From NCBI GenBank assembly GCA_022508725.1, contig JAFLUR010000001.1, forward strand, positions 1 through 43,060: DNA of 43,060 bases, read 5' to 3'. Position numbers and translations under genes: made by a program. The stretch comes from Oscillospiraceae bacterium (GTDB lineage: Bacteria > Bacillota > Clostridia > UBA1381). Of this stretch, positions 1 through 7,971 are shown piece after piece (within the stretch, counting starts at the first letter, position 1; each line of letters begins with the position of its first letter). The notes under the pieces were generated by a model. It saw only the letters and a program-made list of their open reading frames with translations, searched no databases and was not told where the DNA came from.

Positions 1-234
1 AACCAAATCGCTGAATGACGGCTCTGTGCCACGCTCAATGTAGTACATTTTTGCTGATCTCAACAACTCGGATACTGTTGAAACGTCTGTGTTGATCTTT
101 GAACGGTGCTGATAACTCATGTAGTTAGGAATAGCAACCGCAGCGAGTACTGCCAAGATGGCAATAACAACGATAAGTTCTACAAGTGTAAAACCTTTTT
201 CATTTTTGATTGTGTTTTTGATTTCTGTGTTCAT
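1..234 (-). CDS. type IV pilin / pseudopilin with prepilin-type N-terminal cleavage-methylation domain (3' end runs off the window start)
   Basis: Absent from the ORF track because it is open at the window edge. Reverse translation from ATG 234..232 gives MNTEIKNTIKNEKG|FTLVELIVVIAILAVLAAVAIPNYMSYQHRSK..., i.e. a short leader, the G/FTLxE prepilin peptidase site and a hydrophobic helix. AAGGAGGAG RBS at 244..252, 9 nt upstream. Confidence 0.85.
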   Translation of the reverse strand, partial: MNTEIKNTIKNEKGFTLVELIVVIAILAVLAAVAIPNYMSYQHRSKINTDVSTVSELLRSAKMYYIERGTEPSFSDLV

Positions 235-314
235 CTTAGAAATCTCCTCCTTAATATAAATTTATTTTTTTATAACAGCAACGGAATCATTTCCGCTGCA
301 TATTATCCCCTTTA

Positions 315-1532
315 TTAACCTATTGCTTCAGTCATTGTGAACATCGGCATGAGTATAGCCAAAGCAACCGTACCTATGCAGCCTGCCATTACAACGATCA
401 TAAGCGGTTCAAGAACCGATACAAGGTTTCTTATACAAGTATTAAGCTCTTCCTGATAATAATCGGCGACATCATCGAGAATACCGTCAATGGCACCCGA
501 CGCCTCACCTATTTTAATCATAGACGTATACATGCTCGGAAAAAGACCTGCTCTTTCCATCGCCTTACCGAACTGTACGCCCTGACTTATCTCCTGTCTG
601 ACTTTAACAAAAGCATCGCGTCCCACAACATTTCCCGCAACCCTTGAAACAATAACCAACGCATCAACAAGGCTTACACCGCTTGCAAGCATGATGGCAA
701 GCGAACGTGCACTTCTGAACGTCATACCCGTCATTTCAACATTTTTTACGACCGGTATTCTCAGCTTTAATCTGTCAAACGCAAGTCTTACCATCGGCAG
801 TCTTGAAATTCTTGTGCAGAGCGCAACGAGAATCGCTATACCGCCGAATACCAAATACCAATACTTAACCAACATATTGGAAACAGTCATAAGCCCTTTT
901 GTAAGAGCCGGAAGCTCCGCGCCGGTATCCTCAAATATTTCCACGAATGTCGGCATTACAAACATAAGGATAAAAGCAACCATCACAACCGTCAATATAA
1001 GGAGGACGGTCGGATAAATCATCGCCGATTTTACTTGGCTTACGGTTTTGTATTCATTTTCATAATACTCGGCAAGACGGCGCATAACCTCTTCAAGATT
1101 ACCCGTAACCTCACCGGTTTCTATCATACTTACATACAATGACGGAAAGTCATTTTTATATCCCTCAAGCGCTCCGGAAAACGACGTACCCGCCGCAACC
1201 ATTTCATGCACTTCATGCAGAATATCCCTCATCTTCGGATTAAGAGCCTGCTGGGCAACCGTTTCCAAGCAATCGAGTATACTTATACCTGCGTGCAGCA
1301 TAACATAAAACTGTCTGCATGAAAGATACAAATCCTCACCCGTTATCTTTGAAAGCGGATTTTTGAAATCCAAAAGGGAAGCACCTTTTACCTTTGCGCC
1401 TTCGCTTATTTTTATGGGATACAAATTTTGTGTGCTCAAAAATTTGACAACGTCTTGTTTTGTTTCGGCTGCAATGTTGTTTTCAACACGTTTGCCGCTT
1501 GAGTCCATAGCAATGTATGAAAAAACAGCCAT
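315..1532 (-). CDS. pilC: type IV pilus / T2SS inner-membrane platform protein (GspF/PilC family)
   Basis: 405-aa ORF with duplicated T2SSF-type cytoplasmic domains, each followed by hydrophobic TM segments (AMIYPTVLLILTVVMVAFILMFVMPTF; LEPLMIVVMAGCIGTVALAILMPMF). ATG at 1532 has an AAGGAG RBS and starts 12 nt after the pilT stop. Confidence 0.9.
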   Translation of the reverse strand: MAVFSYIAMDSSGKRVENNIAAETKQDVVKFLSTQNLYPIKISEGAKVKGASLLDFKNPLSKITGEDLYLSCRQFYVMLHAGISILDCLETVAQQALNPKMRDILHEVHEMVAAGTSFSGALEGYKNDFPSLYVSMIETGEVTGNLEEVMRRLAEYYENEYKTVSQVKSAMIYPTVLLILTVVMVAFILMFVMPTFVEIFEDTGAELPALTKGLMTVSNMLVKYWYLVFGGIAILVALCTRISRLPMVRLAFDRLKLRIPVVKNVEMTGMTFRSARSLAIMLASGVSLVDALVIVSRVAGNVVGRDAFVKVRQEISQGVQFGKAMERAGLFPSMYTSMIKIGEASGAIDGILDDVADYYQEELNTCIRNLVSVLEPLMIVVMAGCIGTVALAILMPMFTMTEAIG

Positions 1533-1544
1533 TATAACAACTCC

Positions 1545-2594
1545 TTATCTATTTTTTCTGAAAGCCTCGGGATCTACAGCGTATTCGATCGCCGTGTCGA
1601 AATCAACGGCTCCCGACCGTACAATATCGGAAAGAGACTTATCCATAAGAGTCATACCGTACTGTGCGCTCGTCTGCATTGTCGAATAAAGCTGATGTAT
1701 CTTTCCTTCACGGATAAGGTTTGAAATAGCCGGAGTTTTAGTCATTACCTCAAATGCCGCAACACGTCCCGAGCCGCCGATTTTAGGCAGCAGCTGCTGT
1801 GATATAACAGCCTCAAGGACACCCGATAGCTGAGTTCTTATAACGTCCTGCTTTTCAGCCGGAAATATTCCGACTATACGGTCGATGGTCTTGGGTGCGC
1901 TTACCGTATGAAGCGTTGAAAAAACCAAGTGACCGGTTTCAGCCGCCGTCAAAGCTATTTCTATTGTTTCCATGTCACGCATCTCACCGATAAGAATAAC
2001 ATCCGGATCCTCACGAAGAGCCGCGCGAAGAGCGTTGTTAAAGCTGCCCGTATCCGCGCCCACTTCTCTCTGATTCACTATACTGAGCTTGTTTTTGTGA
2101 ACATACTCTATAGGATCCTCAACCGTTATTATATGTTCGCTTCTGTTGGAGTTTATGTAATCCATTATGGATGCGAGCGTAGTGGACTTACCGCTTCCCG
2201 TAGGTCCCGTTATAAGGACGAGTCCTTTATGTTTGCAGGCAAGAGTTTCATACACGGCGGGAAGTCCGAGCTCCTCCGCTTTGGGTATGGTCGTTGTGAT
2301 AATACGGGCCGCAATACCGTAATGCCCTCTCTGCTTATAAATATTCACACGAAATCTTGTGCCTGCCTGAGTTGTATATGAAAAGTCAGACTCACCCACC
2401 TCTACAAATTCTTCAAATCTCTGCGGCGGTGAGATCTGTTTTACAAGTACCTCTGCCATTTCATGCGTTACCACGACATTTCCTATCGGGGAAAGATGAC
2501 CGTGCACACGCATCATCGGCGGTGAGGATACGGTAATATGCAGATCGGAGCCTTTCTCTTTTTCAAGATATGTAAGCAGCTGATCTATATGCAT
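1545..2594 (-). CDS. pilT: PilT-type (retraction-type) type IV pilus ATPase
   Basis: GspE-family ATPase with Walker A GPTGSGKSTT and the PilT-specific C-terminal signature AISNLIREGKIHQ. Its ~349 aa matches PilT rather than ~550-aa PilB. The ORF-track start at 2720 is rejected because ATG 2594 (MHIDQLLTYLEKEKGSDLHI...) has a GGGAGGG RBS and the predicted -10 box lies at 2722..2727. Confidence 0.88.
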   Translation of the reverse strand: MHIDQLLTYLEKEKGSDLHITVSSPPMMRVHGHLSPIGNVVVTHEMAEVLVKQISPPQRFEEFVEVGESDFSYTTQAGTRFRVNIYKQRGHYGIAARIITTTIPKAEELGLPAVYETLACKHKGLVLITGPTGSGKSTTLASIMDYINSNRSEHIITVEDPIEYVHKNKLSIVNQREVGADTGSFNNALRAALREDPDVILIGEMRDMETIEIALTAAETGHLVFSTLHTVSAPKTIDRIVGIFPAEKQDVIRTQLSGVLEAVISQQLLPKIGGSGRVAAFEVMTKTPAISNLIREGKIHQLYSTMQTSAQYGMTLMDKSLSDIVRSGAVDFDTAIEYAVDPEAFRKNR

Positions 2595-2721
2595 ACAGAA
2601 CCCTCCCGAATAACTCATAATCATACAACCGAAATCAATCAAGAATAACCGGACCGAATCCGATATTATACGAGCCGATCCGACCTCCGAAACCGGAACG
2701 CCTCCGTTATTCTTTATCAAT

Positions 2722-2750
2722 AGTATATATCATTTTATTATGTTTGTCAA
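2722..2750 (-). promoter_or_regulatory. sigma-70-type promoter for the pilT-pilC-pilin operon
   Basis: On the minus strand: TTGACA (2750..2745), a 17-nt spacer, then TATACT (2727..2722). It sits in an AT-rich spacer and implies a ~120-nt leader. Confidence 0.5.
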
Positions 2751-2955
2751 TAGCATTATCAAAAAAAATTTAAAAAATTATTAAAAAATTGTACATTTTT
2801 TTTATGCACAATAGCAGAAAATGTTTTTATGTAAATATAACAATTGTTAAACCTGCATAAAAAAAAATATAAATACGCCAAATAATTACAAAAAATCATC
2901 CTGCCGCCGGCATAACCCCGAATTTAAGTAAACCGACCTTTCGGATATGTCGTTT

Positions 2956-3708
2956 TCAGCCTATAAGATCACTCATATTATACATACCGGCAGCTTTTCC
3001 CTTCATAAACTTGGCAGCCGACAGCGCTCCCACGGCAAACACCTCTCTCGATGCCGCATGATGCGATATTTCTATAACCTCGTCATTTCCCGCAAAGATA
3101 ATCCGGTGGTCGCCGACTATCGTTCCGCCTCTTACAGCATGTATGCCGATCTCGTTTTTGCGTCTTTTTCTTCTCACCGAATGACGGTCGTAAACAAATT
3201 CGGACGGATTTTTCAGTGTTTCGTCGATCGCCTCGGCTATGGCAAGCGCCGTTCCGCTGGGCGCGTCCAATTTTTGGTTATGGTGACGTTCGACTATTTC
3301 GATGTCAAAGCCGTCCTCCAGTATCTCCGCCGCCTTTTTTGCAAGCGCGGTTATCAGATTTATTCCCAGACTCATATTTGCCGAAAAGAATATCGGCACC
3401 GATTTTGACGTTTCCGAAAGCAAATCCCTCTCTTCCGCCGACAGACCGGTCGTCGCTATCACGGCAGGAATATTTTTTGCCTTTGCACAGTTCAAGATCC
3501 CCTCCAAAGAAGACGGATGCGAAAAATCGATTATAACATCGGCGGCAATATCACATTCCGCCGGGTCGGAAAAGACGGGATATGTGTTTTTTATGTTGTC
3601 GTTTATATCAAATCCCGCAACGATCTCCGCGTTTTCATCTTCCGCGGCAAGACGTGTTATCACCTGTCCCATTCTGCCGTTGCAGCCGTTCATTATTATC
3701 CTTGTCAT
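2956..3708 (-). CDS. dapB: 4-hydroxy-tetrahydrodipicolinate reductase
   Basis: 250 aa with N-terminal dinucleotide-binding MNGCNGRMGQ and the diagnostic ERHHNQKLDAPSGTA motif. ATG 3708 has an AAGGAG RBS. Confidence 0.95.
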   Translation of the reverse strand: MTRIIMNGCNGRMGQVITRLAAEDENAEIVAGFDINDNIKNTYPVFSDPAECDIAADVIIDFSHPSSLEGILNCAKAKNIPAVIATTGLSAEERDLLSETSKSVPIFFSANMSLGINLITALAKKAAEILEDGFDIEIVERHHNQKLDAPSGTALAIAEAIDETLKNPSEFVYDRHSVRRKRRKNEIGIHAVRGGTIVGDHRIIFAGNDEVIEISHHAASREVFAVGALSAAKFMKGKAAGMYNMSDLIG

Positions 3709-3784
3709 AAGTAATATCTCCTTATTTCAGTAATATTTTATCGGTATTTTTTAAAAAATACAATTTTTGAAAAACACCGGTTCA

Positions 3785-3912
3785 AGAGCTTGTTCGGTAT
3801 CCGGAAATCATTTTTCTGCCGTCAAAGCGCAAAATTCGATTGTATTTCAAGAATTCCGCGCTTTGACGTGGAAAACAAAAAGATGATGATCGGAAGATGC
3901 GGGACAGGCTCT
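3785..3912. repeat. palindromic intergenic repeat element, family A, copy 1 (MITE/REP-like, 128 bp)
   Basis: Alignable end to end with 15267..15432. Shared blocks are AGAGC(T/C)TGTT..GTATCCGGA, TTTTTCTGCCG.CAAAGC, GTATTTCAAGAATT and GATGC...ACAGGCTCT. Contains an internal perfect inverted repeat, GTCAAAGCGC...GCGCTTTGAC. The termini are inverted (AGAGCTTGT / ACAGGCTCT), and the last base overlaps the dapA stop codon. Confidence 0.65.
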
Positions 3913-4802
3913 CAGTGTTTCTTTACTCCGTAAGCCTCAAGCGCCCTTTTGATCTTTTCAAAATTCGCAGGTTCGGGATCGCACAGCGGCATTCTTAAAT
4001 TCCCCACATTATAGCCGAGTATCTTCATAGCCGTCTTGACCGGCACGGGATTTACCTCGCAGAAAAGCGTATTTATAAGATCAAGCATATCAAGCTGGAG
4101 CCTAAGCGCCCCCGCCGTATTTCCGCCGATAAATTCAACGCATATATCGTGCGTTTCTTTCGGAAGAATATTCGCGACAACCGAAATAACGCCCTTTCCT
4201 CCGAGTGACATGACAGGAACTATCATATCGTCATTTCCCGAATATATGTACAGCTCGGGCACCTCGGCGGCAACCTTTGCCGTATAGCTTATATTTCCGC
4301 TCGCCTCCTTGACAGCGACGATATTTTCGACGGCGCTCAGCTCTTTCAGAGTCTCGACCGAAATATTCACGCCTGTTCTCGACGGAACATTATACAGAAT
4401 CACCGGAATTTTCACCGCGCTCGCGATTTCCGAAAAATGCTTTACAAGACCTTTCTGAGTACATTTATTGTAATACGGAGTGACCTGCAAAAGTCCGTCC
4501 GCGCCCAATTCCTGCGCCTCCTTTGAAAGCTCGACCGCATGATGCGTATCGTTGCTGCCCGTTCCGGCTATTACGGGAATTCTTCCGTTTGTCTTTTTTA
4601 CGGTATATTCGATAGCCGCAAGATGCTCCTTGTCGGGCATTGTCGATGCCTCTCCCGTTGTTCCGCATATAATGATCGCGTCGGTCGAATTTGCCGTGTG
4701 CATTTCTATAAGATTTCCAAGCTCTTCATAATTTATCCCGGTATCGTCAAACGGTGTTACAACAGCGACCCCCGAACCGGTAAACGGTAATATTTTAGCC
4801 AT
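3912..4802 (-). CDS. dapA: 4-hydroxy-tetrahydrodipicolinate synthase
   Basis: 296 aa of the DapA/NAL family: GTTGE, YNVPSRTG, and the Schiff-base Lys context VAVKEASGN. ATG 4802 has an AGGAGG RBS. Confidence 0.95.
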   Translation of the reverse strand: MAKILPFTGSGVAVVTPFDDTGINYEELGNLIEMHTANSTDAIIICGTTGEASTMPDKEHLAAIEYTVKKTNGRIPVIAGTGSNDTHHAVELSKEAQELGADGLLQVTPYYNKCTQKGLVKHFSEIASAVKIPVILYNVPSRTGVNISVETLKELSAVENIVAVKEASGNISYTAKVAAEVPELYIYSGNDDMIVPVMSLGGKGVISVVANILPKETHDICVEFIGGNTAGALRLQLDMLDLINTLFCEVNPVPVKTAMKILGYNVGNLRMPLCDPEPANFEKIKRALEAYGVKKH

Positions 4803-4819
4803 TATCTGTTCCTCCTTTT

Positions 4820-5923
4820 TTAATCCATATAACCCTTTGCCGTCAAAAGCTCCGCGAGAAGGACCGCTCCTCCCGCCGCTCCTCTCAATGTATTGTGACT
4901 CATTGAAACCATTTTGTAATCAAACTGCCGTGATTCTCTGAGACGTCCGCATGAGATTGCCATGCCCCCGTCAATTTCTCTTGCCGTTTTGATTTGAGGC
5001 ATATCCGGCTCATCCTTTTCGGTGTAAACGTGTATAAACCGCTTGGGCGCGTTTGGGAGATCAAGCTTTTGCGGTTCTCCCGAATAATCCGCCCACATTT
5101 TTTCTATCTCCTCAACAGACGGCTTTTTAACGCCCTCTTTAAAGGAAAAGAATATCGCCGCCGTATGACCGTCCGACACCGGCACTCTGTAGGTCTGACA
5201 TTCTATGCTGAGTTCATTCGACGGAACTATTTCCCCGCCCTCTATCTTTCCGAGTACCTTGTTCGGCTCGACCTCCGATTTCTGTTCCTCACCGCCGATA
5301 TACGGTATCAGATTATCGACCATCTCGGGCCATGTTTCAAAGGTTTTTCCCGCGCCGGATATAGCCTGATATGTTGTAACTATCGCCCGGTCTATCGGAT
5401 ATTTCATATTGATTACCGCCATGGCGGGCAGATAGGACTGCAATGAGCAGTTTGATTTTACGGCGATAAAGCCTCTTTTTGTTCCGAGTCTTTTGCGCTG
5501 CGCCGGAATAATTTCAATATGATGAGGATTGATTTCCGGGATGATCATGGGAACATCGGGCGTATGACGGTGCGCCGAATTGTTTGACACGACCGGACAT
5601 TCCGCCTTTGCATAGCGTTCCTCAAGAGCCTTTATCTCATCCTTTGACATATCGACCGCGCAGAATACAAAATCGACCTCCGCCGCGATTTTTTCAACGT
5701 CGGCTGTTGCGTCCGCTACCGTCATATCGGCGACATTTTCCGGTATTTCGGTATTCATAGCCCATTTTTTGCCCACGGCATCCCTGTATTTTTTTCCGGC
5801 GCTTCTCGGTGATGCCGCGACAACCTTTATATTATACCACGGATGCTCCGACAGAAGAGTTACAAACCTCTGTCCCACCATTCCCGTGGCGCCTATTATA
5901 CCTATATTATACTGCTGTTTCAT
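4820..5923 (-). CDS. asd: aspartate-semialdehyde dehydrogenase
   Basis: GATGMVGQR NAD(P) motif, catalytic Cys context KSNCSLQ, and C-terminal HNTLRGAAGGAVLLAELL. The start is moved from the ORF-track 6016 to ATG 5923 (MKQQYNIGIIG...), which has a GAGGAGG RBS. The upstream extension would read through the riboswitch terminator. Confidence 0.9.
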   Translation of the reverse strand: MKQQYNIGIIGATGMVGQRFVTLLSEHPWYNIKVVAASPRSAGKKYRDAVGKKWAMNTEIPENVADMTVADATADVEKIAAEVDFVFCAVDMSKDEIKALEERYAKAECPVVSNNSAHRHTPDVPMIIPEINPHHIEIIPAQRKRLGTKRGFIAVKSNCSLQSYLPAMAVINMKYPIDRAIVTTYQAISGAGKTFETWPEMVDNLIPYIGGEEQKSEVEPNKVLGKIEGGEIVPSNELSIECQTYRVPVSDGHTAAIFFSFKEGVKKPSVEEIEKMWADYSGEPQKLDLPNAPKRFIHVYTEKDEPDMPQIKTAREIDGGMAISCGRLRESRQFDYKMVSMSHNTLRGAAGGAVLLAELLTAKGYMD

Positions 5924-5940
5924 AAATAACCTCCTCAAAA

Positions 5941-5969
5941 CAAATAAAGACAGCCTTGCGGGGGCTGTC
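5941..5969 (-). terminator. intrinsic terminator forming the expression platform of the lysine riboswitch
   Basis: On the minus strand: GACAGCC-CCCGCAA-GGCTGTC followed by TTTATTTGTTTT, immediately 5' of the asd RBS. Confidence 0.65.
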
Positions 5970-5999
5970 AAAACGATCTTCCTGTAATAAAGAAATAAA

Positions 6000-6213
6000 C
6001 GATAGCCCTCCATCAAATACCGGAAACACCGATTTATAAAAAAATCAATGCTTCCCAGATGACAGTCATATTGCTCTTAACAATATGCCCAACGAAAAAG
6101 CCCGCGGCGGCTTAACGTTTCGGCGTTTTCCCCTTTCGATTACCGTTCGGATAATATCTGCCGGCTGCCGCAGCCTGTGATAATCTACTCTTGAAAAACG
6201 CGCCTCTATCCGT
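6000..6213 (-). promoter_or_regulatory. lysine riboswitch (L-box) aptamer
   Basis: The minus strand reads GATAGAGGCGCG..CAAGAGTAG..CAGGCTGCGGCAGCC..CGAAAGGGGAAAACGCCGAAAC..ATGACTGTCATCTGGGAAGC.., matching the conserved L-box blocks (AGAGGCGC, GAGTA, GAAAGGGG, GCCGAA, ACTGTCA). There is a 14-bp P5-like hairpin (GGAAGCATTGATTT/AAATCGGTGTTTCC), and a closing CTATC pairs with the 5' GATAG. Location upstream of asd-dapA-dapB fits lysine control. Confidence 0.85.
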
Positions 6214-6231
6214 AAATATATTCTCAAATAT

Positions 6232-6260
6232 ATAATATCACTGTTGTATGCCTGTGTCAA
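6232..6260 (-). promoter_or_regulatory. sigma-70-type promoter driving the L-box leader and asd-dapA-dapB
   Basis: On the minus strand: TTGACA (6260..6255), a 17-nt spacer, then TATTAT (6237..6232), roughly 20 nt upstream of the aptamer 5' end. Confidence 0.55.
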
Positions 6261-6293
6261 GCAATATTTTCGTGTCCGAAACCGAAAGCCGGC

Positions 6294-6578
6294 TCAGCTT
6301 TCCAATGCCTCACTCAGCCAGAAAGTACCTATATCGAGCGCCCTGTACAGATTTTCGCGTTCGGTTTTTCTGTAGGTTTTTCCCGTTCCGAGCACTCCGT
6401 CGTTATCCTGTATCTCGACCTTTACTTTTGTCGCAGCATTCACGCCGTTCATTTCCGCCGCTTCCAAAACCGTCAGCGTAAGAATATATCTGTCGTCAAG
6501 ATTTCCGTAAAAAATGCGATCACCCTTTCGTATAATAGGTTTTCCGCGATACATAAACGCCTTTTTCGCAGCTGCCAT
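6294..6578 (-). CDS. small hypothetical protein (94 aa) co-oriented with the oxidoreductase operon
   Basis: ATG 6578 has an AAGGAGA RBS and lies 25 nt after the gamma-subunit stop. The composition is coding-like (MAAAKKAFMYRGKPIIRKGDRIFYGNLDDRYILTLTVLEA...). I recognise no family. Confidence 0.55.
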   Translation of the reverse strand: MAAAKKAFMYRGKPIIRKGDRIFYGNLDDRYILTLTVLEAAEMNGVNAATKVKVEIQDNDGVLGTGKTYRKTERENLYRALDIGTFWLSEALES

Positions 6579-6603
6579 AAAATCATCTCCTTTTAACTCA
6601 TAC

Positions 6604-7134
6604 TTAACTCATATATCCCGCCGTAACCACTTTTATATCGATTTCGGCCAATCCCTGCTTTGTTTTCGGTATATTGTTTATAATGGCATCCTTTATCTCA
6701 TCGACGATAAACAGACCCGTTTCCTTCAAAAACGCGCCGAGGATCACCATATTCGCGAGCGCGGCATTTCCGAGTTCCATTGCGATTTTGGTTGCCTCGA
6801 TGTATTTGACCTTAATATCCGTTCTTTCAACCTTGCGCAATACCAACGACTTATCCACAAATACCATTCCGCCGGCGGCGACCTTATCCTCAAATTTATC
6901 CAGTGACGGCGTGTTCATCGTTATAAGTATATCGGGATTCGTTACTATGGGCGAGCCTATAGGTTCATCCGATACCACTATATGACAATTTGCCGTTCCG
7001 CCCCTCATTTCGGGGCCGTAGGACGGAAGCCATGATATTTCTCTGCCTGACTTCATAGCCGCATAAGCCAGCAATTTCCCGGCAAAAAGTATACCCTGTC
7101 CGCCGAAGCCGGCTATAATTATATTCTTTTTCAT
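6604..7134 (-). CDS. 2-oxoacid:ferredoxin oxidoreductase, gamma subunit (Kor/Vor type)
   Basis: 176 aa. The N-terminal IIIAGFGGQGILFAGK motif is typical of OFOR gamma subunits. Confidence 0.9.
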   Translation of the reverse strand: MKKNIIIAGFGGQGILFAGKLLAYAAMKSGREISWLPSYGPEMRGGTANCHIVVSDEPIGSPIVTNPDILITMNTPSLDKFEDKVAAGGMVFVDKSLVLRKVERTDIKVKYIEATKIAMELGNAALANMVILGAFLKETGLFIVDEIKDAIINNIPKTKQGLAEIDIKVVTAGYMS

Positions 7135-7242
7135 AGTTGCAACAGTTTAACTCCCTTCATACAGTTTAGGAAAATACCCGCAAAATGCGGTCGATATGCA
7201 TATTCCGTATCCCGTCAAAATTAAAAGCTTCCGTTATATATG

Positions 7243-7971
7243 TTATAAATCCTTATACACCCCGAGAGGATAATAAGGCACCATATTTTCGCTGACCCAT
7301 TTCATGGCATCGGCGGGTGTCATTCCCCAGTTTGTGGGGCAGGTCGATAAAATCTCCACCAGCGAAAATCCCTTTTTGTCTATCTGATTTTGAAACGCCT
7401 TTTTTACCGCTTTTTCCGCCTCTTTTATATGAGGTATGCTGTCAAGCGCAACCCGGGCAATATAAGACGGACCGTCAAGAGTTGAAAGCAGCTCGCACAT
7501 ACGCACGGGATTGCCCTGTACCTTCGGATCACGTCCGTAAGGCGAGGTTTGCGTCACCTGACCCGGAAGCGATGTCGGCGCCATCTGTCCGCCCGTCATT
7601 CCGTAGATGGCGTTGTTTATGAATATTATCGTTATATTTTCGCCTCTTGCGGCGGCGTGTACCGTTTCCGCCGTTCCTATAGCCGCCAGATCGCCGTCGC
7701 CCTGATAGGTAAACACGATATTTTCGGGCAAAACCCTTTTTATGCCCGTTGCGACGGCGGGCGCTCTGCCGTGAGCCGCCTCCTGCATATCGCATTCCCA
7801 GTAATCATATGCGAAAACCGCGCATCCCACAGGCGCTATCCCGACGGTCTTTGAACATATATCCAGATCATCAAGCACCCGCGCAATGATTTTATGCGCT
7901 ATTCCGTGCGTGCATCCCGGGCAGTAATGCATAGGCACATCACACAGCGACCTCGGTCTTTCATATATCAC
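7243..7971 (-). CDS. 2-oxoacid:ferredoxin oxidoreductase, beta (TPP-binding) subunit
   Basis: CPGCTHG cluster ligands and TPP motif YQGDGDLAAIG...FINNAIYGMTGGQ. The GTG start at 7971 overlaps the alpha-subunit stop (GTGA) and has a GGAGGTG RBS. Confidence 0.9.
   Translation of the reverse strand: MIYERPRSLCDVPMHYCPGCTHGIAHKIIARVLDDLDICSKTVGIAPVGCAVFAYDYWECDMQEAAHGRAPAVATGIKRVLPENIVFTYQGDGDLAAIGTAETVHAAARGENITIIFINNAIYGMTGGQMAPTSLPGQVTQTSPYGRDPKVQGNPVRMCELLSTLDGPSYIARVALDSIPHIKEAEKAVKKAFQNQIDKKGFSLVEILSTCPTNWGMTPADAMKWVSENMVPYYPLGVYKDL

Noticed and set aside
106-318. 70-aa ORF on the + strand
   Set aside because: It lies antisense to the pilin gene and the pilC-pilin spacer. The translation is Asn/Phe-rich with no RBS. 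The real gene here is the minus-strand prepilin (1..234).
5924-6016. N-terminal extensions given by the ORF track (asd to 6016; also pilT to 2720, GH105 to 33160, SLH genes to 35738 and 38958, HAD to 41082, U32 from 15462, SLH mini-protein to 26992)
   Set aside because: In each case an internal ATG, GTG or TTG has a canonical GGAGG-type RBS and a family-typical N-terminus or signal peptide. The extension crosses a terminator, hairpin, promoter or repeat.
7135-7242. Unusually long 108-bp gap between the OFOR beta and gamma subunit genes
   Set aside because: I looked for a small ORF or structured RNA there. Only a 5-bp hairpin (CCGCA/TGCGG) is present and there is no similarity to the repeat families. 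Nothing supportable.
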